Shown here: one piece after another, positions 48,551 to 57,572 of the stretch
How positions within the stretch are numbered: the first letter of the stretch is position 1
Layout of the letters: every line of letters starts with the position of its first letter
Assembly: GCA_964608675.1 (NCBI GenBank)
Contig: CAZSOZ010000001.1
Location: forward strand, 32,001-96,000
DNA: 64,000 nucleotides
Direction of reading: 5' to 3'
Source: an uncultured archaeon
GTDB lineage: Archaea > Iainarchaeota > Iainarchaeia > Iainarchaeales > 1-14-0-10-31-34
Notes under the pieces: generated by a model
The model's database searches: none
Seen by the model: the letters and a program-made list of their open reading frames with translations, nothing else
What the model was told of the DNA's origin: nothing
Position numbers and translations under genes: made by a program

Positions 48551-48695
48551 CAAAAATTTTCTCTGTTTTTTTGTCAATTACTTTAGCCCCCTTTGTTCCT
48601 GTTTTCTGAAGCTGGGAGACCAGCACTAAAGCCACAGCAACAACTGCTGCGAGAAGGACAATTAATTCAACTGAAACCTGCGCTTTATTTTCCAT
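48528..48695 (-). CDS. Short DUF361/EppA-type pilin (55 aa)
   Basis: MENKA|QVSVELIVLLAAVVAVALVLV. Confidence 0.8.
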   Translation of the reverse strand: MENKAQVSVELIVLLAAVVAVALVLVSQLQKTGTKGAKVIDKKTEKIFDEISDIK

Positions 48696-48750
48696 AAAAA
48701 AAAGCACTGAAAAAAAAGAATAAAAAGAAAATCCAACGTTAATCAACGAA

Positions 48751-48768
48751 AATTAGGCAAACCTAATT
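48751..48768. promoter_or_regulatory. Palindromic operator-like site AATTAGG-N4-CCTAATT
   Basis: Perfect 7-bp inverted repeat abutting a TATA-like element between the divergent pilin and S2P genes. Confidence 0.5.
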
Positions 48769-48825
48769 ATTAAACAGCAGGGTTTTTTATTGGTTTGCAT
48801 TACAAAATTGTTTAGTGAAAAAAAA

Positions 48826-49521
48826 ATGGTTTCAAAGGAAATAAAAGATATCGCGATTGCATGGATTGTTTTAAGCGTGGCTTTTGCTTTTATTTTTTCT
48901 GGATTAACTTTGTTTGGAATCCTTCAAGGAAACTTAATTCAGGCATTAAGCGGATTTATCATAATGTTTCCTGTTTCTCTGCTGATTGTAGGAACTTCTT
49001 TTGTTCTTCATGAATTAGGCCACAGAAATGTTGCAAGGCACTTCAATTATTTTGCTGAATTCAGGAAATGGAATTTTGGTTTAATGTTTGCTTTAGGAGT
49101 TTCATTTCTTATTGGAGCAATTTTTGCTGCACCTGGAGCAGTTTACATAGGGAATAAAAGAAAAAGACAATGGGAAAAAAAATCAAGATGGGACCAGGAA
49201 TATCCAGAATACACAAAAAACGGATTAAATGAAATGGGATTAATTTCTGTTGCAGGAATAGTAATTAATATTATTTTAGGATTAATTTTTTTAGGCCTGC
49301 TTTTGTTTGCTCTTCCTTTATTTACAGAAGGCACTTTTGTTCATCAAATTATGAGAACTATTTTTACTTTAGGTTATGTAATTAATTTTATTTTAGCAGG
49401 ATTCAATCTGCTTCCAATAGGTCCTTTGGATGGAAACAAAGTAATGAAATGGAACCCTATTATATGGGCAGTATTGTTTTTTCCGATTGCATACTGGTAT
49501 TTTTTTATGCTTGGAATTTAA
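48826..49521 (+). CDS. Site-2 protease (M50) intramembrane metalloprotease
   Basis: LHELGH, FAAPGAV, ISVAG, FNLLPIGPLDG. Confidence 0.92.
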   Translation: MVSKEIKDIAIAWIVLSVAFAFIFSGLTLFGILQGNLIQALSGFIIMFPVSLLIVGTSFVLHELGHRNVARHFNYFAEFRKWNFGLMFALGVSFLIGAIFAAPGAVYIGNKRKRQWEKKSRWDQEYPEYTKNGLNEMGLISVAGIVINIILGLIFLGLLLFALPLFTEGTFVHQIMRTIFTLGYVINFILAGFNLLPIGPLDGNKVMKWNPIIWAVLFFPIAYWYFFMLGI

Positions 49522-49525
49522 TTAG

Positions 49526-51733
49526 TCAGCCTACATAAGAAGGTTTGAAAACAGAGTAATGCTCTGAAAATTCTTTGTATGCTTCCATTGTTTCCTTTGA
49601 AATTGAAGCATGGATTTTCTTTAAAGCTAAATCAAAATATTTTGCTTGCAGTGGTTTTGCCTGCATTTTGTTTTCTTTTAAAGAAATCAATGCTGCCTCT
49701 CTGACCAATCCTTCAATGTCTGCTCCGCTAAAACCTTCAGTTTTTCTTGCAAGTTCATCTAAAGCAACTTCTTTTTCTATTGCAACAGTCTTCAAATGAA
49801 TTTTAAATATTTCTTTTCTTGCTTTTTCATCTGGAGCAGGAACCATAACCAGTTTGTCAATTCTTCCAGGCCTTAACAAGCTTTGATCAACTAAATCCGG
49901 TCTGTTTGTTGCAGCAACAAAAACAACATCTTTTAGTTCTTCTATTCCATCTATTTCAGTTAACAACTGATTTACTGCTCTGTCGCCTACCCCTGAATCA
50001 AAATTGTTTCCTCTTACAGTTGCAAGAGAATCAATTTCATCAAAAAAAACTATTACTGGAGACACTTGTCTTGCTTTCTTAAAAATTTTTCTTATGCCTC
50101 TTTCTGTTTCTCCTACAAATTTTGAGATAAGCTCAGGACCTTTAATTGAAATAAAATTTGCTTCAGATTCGTTTGCGACTGCTTTTGCAAGCATTGTTTT
50201 TCCTGTTCCCGGAGGACCATACAATAAAACTCCTCTCGGAGGCTTTATTCCTGCTTTCTTAAATGAATCAGGGTTTTTTAAAGGCCATTCAACTGCCTGC
50301 TTTAATTCTTCTTTTACTTCCTCTAAAGAGCCAATATCCTTCCATTTAATGTTTGGCACTTCAACTAAAACTTCCCTTAAAGCAGAAGGCTGGACTTCCT
50401 TTAATGCATCCTCAAAATCTTTTTTGTTTACTTCCATCTCTTCAAGAAGTTCAGGGTCAATTTTTTCTTCTTCTAATTTGATTTTAGGCAGATATCTCCG
50501 CAAAGCTTTCATTGCACTTTCTTTAGCTAATGCTTCTAAATCTGCTCCAACAAAACCATGAGTAATTGAAGCAAAAGAATTCAAGTCAACTCCGTTTTTG
50601 TTTTCAGCTGGAGTCAAAGGCATTCCTCTTGTGTGAATTTGAAGAACATCTTTTCTTCCTTTTTTGTCTGGAACGCCGATTTCAATTTCTCTGTCAAATC
50701 TTCCTGGACGTCTTAAAGCTTCATCCAAAGAATTAACTCTGTTTGTTGCAGCAATAACAATTACATTTCCTCTTGCTTCCATTCCATCCATTGCAGAAAG
50801 CAGTTGAGCTACAACTCTTCTTTCAACTTCCCCAACCACTTCTTCTCTTTTTGGAGCAATTGCATCAATTTCATCAATAAAAATAATTGAAGGAGAATTT
50901 TCTTCTGCTTCCTTGAAGACCTGCCTTACTCTTTCTTCTGCTTCACCAACAAACTTTGACATAATGCTTGGAGCAGAAATTGAAATAAAATGAGCTTGAG
51001 TTTCATTTGCAACTGCTTTAGCTAATAAAGTTTTTCCTGTTCCTGGCGGACCATGCAGTAAAACTCCTTTTGGAGGGTTAATTCCTAGTTTAGTGAACAA
51101 TTCTGGATGACGCATTGGCAATTCAATCATTTCCCTGACTTTTCTTATTTGTTCATCCAATCCGCCAATTTCATCATAAGTCACTGAAGGAACTCCCTCT
51201 AAGGCTTCTTTTGCAGGTTCTTCTTTTAATTGGAATTGTGTTGCATCAGTGACTTTCACGATTCCCCTTGGATTTGTATCTATAACAGTATAAATAAAAC
51301 CTGAACCAAAAACAGAAATCCATACATGGTCTCCTTTATTCAAAGGACGGCCGATAAAAGATTTCTTTAAAATTCTGTCATAACCTGAAGCAATAATTCT
51401 TACTTCTTGAGTTGGAGCCAAAACAACTTTTTTTCCTTCATTGTACTGAGCTTTGGAAACCTTTACTTTTTCTCCCAAAGAAACCCCGCACGAGCGCCTT
51501 ATTAATGAATCCATTCTGATTATATTTCTTCCTTCATCAGAAGATTTTGCAGGCCAAACAATAGCAGCAGTTTTTTTGCCGGCTTCCAATTCAACTATGT
51601 CGCCTGAAGTAATTCCAAGATATTCTTTTGACTGCCTGTCTAAAGTAACTATTCCTCTTCCAACATGGCTGGAATCAGTGTCATGAACCCTTAAATCCAG
51701 TTTTTTATTCTTTTGATTTGATAAATTAATCAT
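49526..51733 (-). CDS. cdc48: CDC48/VAT AAA+ ATPase
   Basis: N-domain plus two AAA modules (GPPGTGKT twice, [27 protein letters not shown]); ends YVG. Confidence 0.96.
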   Translation of the reverse strand: MINLSNQKNKKLDLRVHDTDSSHVGRGIVTLDRQSKEYLGITSGDIVELEAGKKTAAIVWPAKSSDEGRNIIRMDSLIRRSCGVSLGEKVKVSKAQYNEGKKVVLAPTQEVRIIASGYDRILKKSFIGRPLNKGDHVWISVFGSGFIYTVIDTNPRGIVKVTDATQFQLKEEPAKEALEGVPSVTYDEIGGLDEQIRKVREMIELPMRHPELFTKLGINPPKGVLLHGPPGTGKTLLAKAVANETQAHFISISAPSIMSKFVGEAEERVRQVFKEAEENSPSIIFIDEIDAIAPKREEVVGEVERRVVAQLLSAMDGMEARGNVIVIAATNRVNSLDEALRRPGRFDREIEIGVPDKKGRKDVLQIHTRGMPLTPAENKNGVDLNSFASITHGFVGADLEALAKESAMKALRRYLPKIKLEEEKIDPELLEEMEVNKKDFEDALKEVQPSALREVLVEVPNIKWKDIGSLEEVKEELKQAVEWPLKNPDSFKKAGIKPPRGVLLYGPPGTGKTMLAKAVANESEANFISIKGPELISKFVGETERGIRKIFKKARQVSPVIVFFDEIDSLATVRGNNFDSGVGDRAVNQLLTEIDGIEELKDVVFVAATNRPDLVDQSLLRPGRIDKLVMVPAPDEKARKEIFKIHLKTVAIEKEVALDELARKTEGFSGADIEGLVREAALISLKENKMQAKPLQAKYFDLALKKIHASISKETMEAYKEFSEHYSVFKPSYVG

Positions 51734-51782
51734 AAAAAAAATAATTGATTGAAAAGATTTAAAGCTTTAATTAAAAAGCAAA

Positions 51783-52340
51783 TCATTTTAATTGCTTTTC
51801 CAGTTCTTCAACAAAAGAATCAAAAAAAACAATTTTTTGTTCTGCTAATTTTTTTGCTTTAAAAGAAAAAAAAGCTTCCTTTAAAAGAAAGGATTTAGTT
51901 TTCTGTTGTTCAAGAAATTTATTTAACGAAATTTTATTAACATAAAACAAAACTGAATTCTTAATTAATCCTGCAGGAGTCAATTCATCCAAAAGATTTG
52001 TGTCATGAACCAAAACTGCTTCAATTGTTTTAGGCTTTCCTTTCAAACCCGATTCAGAAACACAATACAAGACTGCGTCAGTTTTCTCTTTCGGAAAATT
52101 AGATGCAGTCAAAAATTTTTTTGCTAAATTCAAAGAAGTCTGAATTAAATTTTGATTAAATTTAAGCGACTGATAAAATCCTGAACAATGAAGCAAAATT
52201 CCTGCAGAAACAATTTCTTCATCAAATTCTTTTTCCTTAATTAACTCCAGATTTTTAAAGCAGCGGTTAATGTGATTCAAAGTAAAAAAATCTCTTGCTT
52301 CTTTTTCAACTAATCTTTTCAATTCACTTTGGCTGAACAT
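51783..52340 (-). CDS. Degenerate HD-domain protein
   Basis: NHINRC, AGILLHCSG (HD replaced by HC), PKTIEAVLVHDTNLLDELTPAGL. Confidence 0.6.
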   Translation of the reverse strand: MFSQSELKRLVEKEARDFFTLNHINRCFKNLELIKEKEFDEEIVSAGILLHCSGFYQSLKFNQNLIQTSLNLAKKFLTASNFPKEKTDAVLYCVSESGLKGKPKTIEAVLVHDTNLLDELTPAGLIKNSVLFYVNKISLNKFLEQQKTKSFLLKEAFFSFKAKKLAEQKIVFFDSFVEELEKQLK

Positions 52341-53146
52341 TAAATCACTATTTCAGAGCTTCCGTTTGGAAGCATTGAAATTATTTCATCTAAATCCACT
52401 GGCTGATTCATTTTCTCTTCAAATAATTTCTTTAATTTTTTTGCAGTAATTCCTTTTGAATCATTTCCCTGAATTAATTCAAAAAAAAAATCAGAATGAT
52501 TTTTTACGGCATCAGGAGAACCTGAAATCACAGTTAATTCTTCATCGTGTTTTTTTATTCCTATTGCAAAACTCAAAGGAGTTTTCTTAAACCATTCTCT
52601 TTCACCATAAATCATAAAAGAACCTGATTTCATTGATTCCCCTGAAGGAGCTTTCTTACTGACCTGCTTTGGAAGAACAGAATAAACATCAATTGAAGCT
52701 AAATTTGATTTCCATGCATTAGAAAAACAGGCAACAAACTCTGCTGTTTCTTTTTTTGATTTATCTGAAGCAGAATTATTTTTTGTTTTAAGAATACAGT
52801 GAGGGCTTCCATGAATTTCAGCATGAAAATATAAATCTGATTCCTCCATGTATTTTTTTATTAATTCTTCATTGCTTTTAGTGTCTCTTCCGGCTAAAGC
52901 CAGCAGATTATCAGAAGTATAAAACCAATGAAATTTTTCAAACCAATATTTTTTTCTTTTTTTAAGCAGTACTTTTTCGCTCTTTTCTTTATTTTCTTCT
53001 TTCTCTTTTAATTGCTTTAATTTTTTTTCTGTATCCTTGACTGCTTTTCTTAAGCCTTCAAGTTTTTTTTTTGCTTTCTTTGATTTTTCAAAATAAAGTG
53101 AAGCGTTTTCGTTCAGGCTTTTATTTAAATCCAATTCAATTTCCAT
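52340..53146 (-). CDS. Short NFACT protein (coiled coil + NFACT-R/DUF814 + C-terminal region)
   Basis: ENASLYFEKSKKAKKK, WFEKFHWF, AGRD..SNE, YFHAEIHGSP, QVSKKAPSGE, GSFMIYGER. Confidence 0.88.
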   Translation of the reverse strand: MEIELDLNKSLNENASLYFEKSKKAKKKLEGLRKAVKDTEKKLKQLKEKEENKEKSEKVLLKKRKKYWFEKFHWFYTSDNLLALAGRDTKSNEELIKKYMEESDLYFHAEIHGSPHCILKTKNNSASDKSKKETAEFVACFSNAWKSNLASIDVYSVLPKQVSKKAPSGESMKSGSFMIYGEREWFKKTPLSFAIGIKKHDEELTVISGSPDAVKNHSDFFFELIQGNDSKGITAKKLKKLFEEKMNQPVDLDEIISMLPNGSSEIVI

Positions 53147-53150
53147 TTAA

Positions 53151-53660
53151 TCACTTTTTTCCTGCTTTTTTTCCCAGACGTTCATAAACTCTTTCCCTCA
53201 AACGTTGTTCAAATTCAGGGTCAACAATACTTTGCGCTGTTCTTCTAATAGCTTTTTTGTCTGCTTTAGAGCCAATAAAAACAACCGCTGCATCTGATTT
53301 TTTTCCTTTTACATTAATTTTGTCAACAAAATAATCGCATTCTTTTTGAGAAAAATTATAAGAAGGATCTTTCTGCATTTCATTTTTCAAATGATTTTTT
53401 AATCCTGTTCTCCATTCAGGAATCATAGAAAAATACTCTGAAATATTTGAAACAAAAAAAACAGGAAGCCTTCTTGGAGTCTTGTTTTTGTTTTTCATGT
53501 CTTTTATTACTTTATTCATTAAATCTGCAAAAATTCTTTTTTTTGTTTTTCTTCCTTTTTCAAAAAGCTTGACCGGCTTTCTTAAAACTTTTTCTTTTTT
53601 TTCTTTCAGACGAGAATTAATTCTTTTCTTTCCTGAAAGTTTTTTTCCCGGCATTTTCAA
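53151..53660 (-). CDS. Basic hypothetical protein
   Basis: Lys/Arg-rich N-terminus; overlaps the stop of the upstream regulator. Confidence 0.55.
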   Translation of the reverse strand: MKMPGKKLSGKKRINSRLKEKKEKVLRKPVKLFEKGRKTKKRIFADLMNKVIKDMKNKNKTPRRLPVFFVSNISEYFSMIPEWRTGLKNHLKNEMQKDPSYNFSQKECDYFVDKINVKGKKSDAAVVFIGSKADKKAIRRTAQSIVDPEFEQRLRERVYERLGKKAGKK

Positions 53661-54202
53661 TCAATTCCCTTTTCTTTCTTCAAAATTTTAATTAATGATG
53701 CAGTCCTAGAAGTCATTTTATAAAAAGGTTGAGTTGCATAAATAATTTGTCTGTCCTTAATTAATTTATATATTCCTTTAATTTTTTCATAATAATTTTT
53801 TTGAGTAGAATCGTGAAATGATTCAATGTCTTTATAGAAATGCCTTAATAACAGATTCCAGTTTCCTGAACCCATAATAGCAGAAACCCTGTAAATATGG
53901 TTGTCTTTTTCAACTGCATCCAGAAATTTTTTGAAAATTTCTTTTTCAGCAAAATCAACATGAAGCAGTTCAATAACCTCTAATTTAAATCCAAACCTTG
54001 AAAAATCAATTTTAGGCCCAAATCCCTGCAAAACAGAATCCTTCAAAAGAAAATCCACAGAAGATTTAATTGTAGCTTTATGAAAACCAGACTGGCGCTT
54101 AATCTGCCTAATATTCGGAACAACAGAACCTTTTTTAAGCAAAGCCTCTAAAGTTTTTAATCTTATGCTATCATCAGGCTTCATCTGTACAGCCAAAATC
54201 AA
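53657..54202 (-). CDS. Divergent Lrp/AsnC-family regulator
   Basis: HTH NIRQIKRQSGFHKATIKSSV, KIDFSRFG linker, RAM-like MGSGNWNLLL; SD AGGTGA. Confidence 0.7.
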   Translation of the reverse strand: MILAVQMKPDDSIRLKTLEALLKKGSVVPNIRQIKRQSGFHKATIKSSVDFLLKDSVLQGFGPKIDFSRFGFKLEVIELLHVDFAEKEIFKKFLDAVEKDNHIYRVSAIMGSGNWNLLLRHFYKDIESFHDSTQKNYYEKIKGIYKLIKDRQIIYATQPFYKMTSRTASLIKILKKEKGID

Positions 54203-54299
54203 TCACCTGTAATAAAATACGATACAAAAACTATTTAATTATACTATATGGGACATGCAAACCAATAGAATATATAAAAAGAGAGTAGTCGTTATTAGT

Positions 54300-54445
54300 A
54301 ATGTAAAACAAACAAAAACAGACTTGGAGGGATTCAATTCTAGAGAGAAAAAACAAAAACAAGAAAAAAAAAGAGGCGGGGATAGGCTCACCAGGCCAAT
54401 CTGGTTTTTAAAAGATCCCCCCTCTCTAAAAAAAATACTTCTTTT
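54300..54445 (+). ncRNA. Candidate structured non-coding RNA
   Basis: TATATAAA at 54271-54278 with no credible downstream gene; GC-rich stem 54372-54425 in an AT-rich genome. Confidence 0.4.
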
Positions 54446-54521
54446 AAAAAATTTTTAACATGAACAAAAAATAAATTTTTTTCTGAATAATATTAAAGCT
54501 TTTTGTTTTTTAAATAAACTA

Positions 54522-54764
54522 ATGAATAAAATTCACGAAGCTGAATTTAAAGAAAAAGAACCAAATGACTTTGGATGGAAAAAAATGTACTGGAATTCTA
54601 ATTCAAATAAGCTTAGCCTTGGACTACCTTTGCTTATTTTAGTTATAGGATTATACTGGCTTGGAAAAGACTTAGGGTTCTGGCCTTCGCCTGTATCAAT
54701 CTGGACAATTTTGTTTATAGTGTTCGGAACATACTGGCTAATTAAAGCAGTTTTTTTTCGCTGA
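54522..54764 (+). CDS. Small two-TM membrane protein (LiaF-TM-like)
   Basis: GLPLLILVIGLYWLGKDLG...SIWTILFIVFGTYWL. Confidence 0.65.
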   Translation: MNKIHEAEFKEKEPNDFGWKKMYWNSNSNKLSLGLPLLILVIGLYWLGKDLGFWPSPVSIWTILFIVFGTYWLIKAVFFR

Positions 54765-56825
54765 CTATTTTGATGTTGTTTTTGCCTGATTTTTTTTTGC
54801 CATTCTTTTCTTCCATTCATCTTTTGAAGGACAATCAGGATCAATACACATATCAAACCTAAATCTTTTTCCCTGAACTGAAACCATAGGCATCCCGCAT
54901 ATTTTGCAGGGATTATCAGCAGGATAAATTCTTCCTTTCTGAGGCAAAGGATAAGTATTAGTGCATTCAGGATACTTAGTACAGCCTAAAAAATATTTTT
55001 TGTTTCTACTGAAAATAATCCTCAAATTTCCTTTTTTGCATACAGGGCATTTTCCAACAATTTTATCAGCACTCAATCCTTCTTTTATTTCGTTTCCAAT
55101 TAAAAGCTTGTGCTCAAACAAATCCTTCAAAATTATCATTAATAAATCTCTTGAATGCTCAACTACTTCTTCTTTTGATTTCTTTTTTGCCGAAATCAAA
55201 TTCATTTGCTCTTCCAAATCAGAAGTCATTTCAGGTTCAATTACTTTTTCAGAATATTTTTCCAGTACATCAGTGACAGCAAAAGCCAAATGAGTGGGTT
55301 CAACTGCCTTAGAACCAACAATATATTTTCTTGCATACAATTTCTGAATTATTCCATGCCGAGTTGATTTTGTTCCAAGATTTAAGTCTTCCATTAACTT
55401 CAATAAAGCTCCCTGAGAATACCTTGAAGGAGGCTGAGTTTCTTTTTCAAGCAAATCCAGTTTCTTTACATCTGCTTTATCTCCTTTATCCAAAGAAGGA
55501 AGAATAACTTCTTTTATTGAAGAATAAGGATAAAATTCCTTCCAACCCAATTTAAGAATTCTTTGACCATTAGAAATAAACAATTCTTTTTCCAAATCAA
55601 ATTCAACTGAAAGATTCTCTGTTTCAGCTTTGTCTGCAAGAGTAGCATAAAATCTTCTTACAATCAATTCATAAATTTTAAAGTTTCTGTCTCCAAGCTT
55701 TCCTTTATCAACAGCAGAAACAGGATGAATAGGAGGATGATCTTTTGTTTCCTTTCCAAAAGAAGGAATTAATTGTTTTTTTTGTAAAAGTTTTTCTGCA
55801 AGAAAAGAAAACTCTTTTATTTTTCCTGTTTCCTGAACGACTTCAATTAAATTCAAAGAAGAAGGATATTTTGTATTATCTGTTCTTGGATAAGAAATAA
55901 ATCCCTGCTGATAAAGGTTTTCTGCAATACTCATTGCCTGTCCTGCAGAAAAACCAATCGACGTTGCAGCACGCAAAAAAGAAGTTGTATTAAAAGGCAA
56001 AGGCTTTGAAATAAAACGATGTTTTTTTTTGGCTCTCAAAACAACTGCTTTCTTCGGATTCCTGCTTAAAACTTTTTCTGCTTCTTTTTTATTCTTAAAT
56101 TTGCCTTTTTTGTGCATTGCCTCAAACTTAATTTTGTCTTTTTCAAGCAAAGCTTTTATTTCCCAGTACTTTTCTTTTTTGAAGGCATTTCTTTCTTTTT
56201 CTCTTTTTACAACCAAATAAAGGACAGGGCTTTGAACTCTGCCGACACTCAAAAAATCTTTTCCCAGTCTGCTTGAAACAATAGAAATAAATCTTGTAAG
56301 AACTGCCCCCCAAATTAAATCAATTTCCCTTCTTGCATTAGCTGAATCTGCTAAAGCAAAATCAACTTTAGTTAATTTTGAAAAAGAATCATCAATATCC
56401 TTTTTAGTGATAGCAGAAAACAAAGCTCTTTTTACGGCAAGTTTTTTGTTTCCTTGTTTAAGGTAATCCAAAGCTTCAACGCCGATGCTTTCTCCCTCTC
56501 TATCAGCATCAGTTGCAATAATAACCTCAGAAAACTCTTTTGCTTTTTTTTCAAGAAGATTTGTGATTGCTTTTTCTTTTGGAAGATATTCCACTTCAAT
56601 TTTTGCGAGCTTCCTTAAATCTGTTCCTGTCCAGTAATTATATTTTTTTGGGAAATCAACGTCCTGAATATGACCTCTTAAAGGAATTACATATGCTTTT
56701 TCTCCATTGAAATCAAATTCAAATAACTGTGCATTCCTTTCAGTTAAAGTCTTTATTTTTCCTTTTCCAAGAATTTCCGCGATTCTCTTTCCTGCAATTG
56801 CTTTCTCTGAAACAACAAGCTTCAT
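54765..56825 (-). CDS. topA: DNA topoisomerase I (type IA)
   Basis: LVVSEK, ATDADREGE, SVGRVQ, ISYPRTD, HPPIHP, LGTKSTR, C-terminal Zn ribbons. Confidence 0.96.
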   Translation of the reverse strand: MKLVVSEKAIAGKRIAEILGKGKIKTLTERNAQLFEFDFNGEKAYVIPLRGHIQDVDFPKKYNYWTGTDLRKLAKIEVEYLPKEKAITNLLEKKAKEFSEVIIATDADREGESIGVEALDYLKQGNKKLAVKRALFSAITKKDIDDSFSKLTKVDFALADSANARREIDLIWGAVLTRFISIVSSRLGKDFLSVGRVQSPVLYLVVKREKERNAFKKEKYWEIKALLEKDKIKFEAMHKKGKFKNKKEAEKVLSRNPKKAVVLRAKKKHRFISKPLPFNTTSFLRAATSIGFSAGQAMSIAENLYQQGFISYPRTDNTKYPSSLNLIEVVQETGKIKEFSFLAEKLLQKKQLIPSFGKETKDHPPIHPVSAVDKGKLGDRNFKIYELIVRRFYATLADKAETENLSVEFDLEKELFISNGQRILKLGWKEFYPYSSIKEVILPSLDKGDKADVKKLDLLEKETQPPSRYSQGALLKLMEDLNLGTKSTRHGIIQKLYARKYIVGSKAVEPTHLAFAVTDVLEKYSEKVIEPEMTSDLEEQMNLISAKKKSKEEVVEHSRDLLMIILKDLFEHKLLIGNEIKEGLSADKIVGKCPVCKKGNLRIIFSRNKKYFLGCTKYPECTNTYPLPQKGRIYPADNPCKICGMPMVSVQGKRFRFDMCIDPDCPSKDEWKKRMAKKNQAKTTSK

Positions 56826-56998
56826 TTAAACACCAAAACAAATAACCTAAAAGTTTTTTAACAAAAAAGAATTTAAATAGGAATCAAAAAAAAAACAATT
56901 TTACTTTTTCCTTTTTTTTGAGTATTCTGCTTTGTCAGCAAACATCAGCACACAATTATGTCTCTCATAAACAATTATTTTAAAATAAAAAAAGAATA

Positions 56999-57478
56999 TT
57001 AAAGTTTTTTCTGCAAAGATTGGGCAGGCAAAGCATTAGTTTTTTTTAATTCACTTAAAACCAGCTGGGTTTTAATATCTGAAATTCCGTCAATTAAACC
57101 CAAATCATTAATAAAATGTTCAGCAGAATCAAGAGAAGGAACAACAATTTTTGCAATCAAATTATATTCTCCTAAAACCTGATACAACTCCAAAACAAAA
57201 TCAAATGAATTCAATTTTTTAATTAAATCTTTATGTTTGGCCATATCAGTTCTCATTTGAACAAAAATTGGATTTTCATAACCCAATACTTTATAATTTA
57301 AGTTTGCACTCACAGAAGAAATTACTCCTTTCCTGATTAAAGACTCAACTCTTTTTTTTATTGCAACATCAGTTAATTTTGTTTCCTTTGCAATAGAACT
57401 AAAAGAAGCTCTTCCATCCTCTAAAAGTTTCTGCAGAATCTTGTGGTCAATTTTATCTAAATTCAATGAAATCCCCAT
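56999..57478 (-). CDS. Lrp/AsnC-family regulator
   Basis: LDKIDHKILQKLLEDGRASFSSIA, AIKKRVESL, LGEYNLI. Confidence 0.92.
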   Translation of the reverse strand: MGISLNLDKIDHKILQKLLEDGRASFSSIAKETKLTDVAIKKRVESLIRKGVISSVSANLNYKVLGYENPIFVQMRTDMAKHKDLIKKLNSFDFVLELYQVLGEYNLIAKIVVPSLDSAEHFINDLGLIDGISDIKTQLVLSELKKTNALPAQSLQKKL

Positions 57479-57572
57479 ACTTAGTAAAATTAAACAAAAA
57501 CCTATAAAAAGTTAATTAAACAAACAAACAGATTAGTGCAGTTTAAAACATTTTTTTATAAAAAATATTTAA

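Noticed and set aside
54372-54425. SRP RNA, RNase P RNA or tRNA
   Set aside because: CCAGGCC recalls SRP helix 8, but the GGAA tetraloop and AGCA side are missing. Too short for RNase P and no cloverleaf.
54255-54458. 67-aa ORF as a real gene
   Set aside because: Starts upstream of the strong TATA box, has no SD, and is a low-complexity translation of A-tracts and hairpin.
56918-56970. C/D box guide RNA on the minus strand
   Set aside because: Contains CTGA and TGCTGA, but the terminal C box (RTGATGA) and D box (CTGA) are both imperfect.
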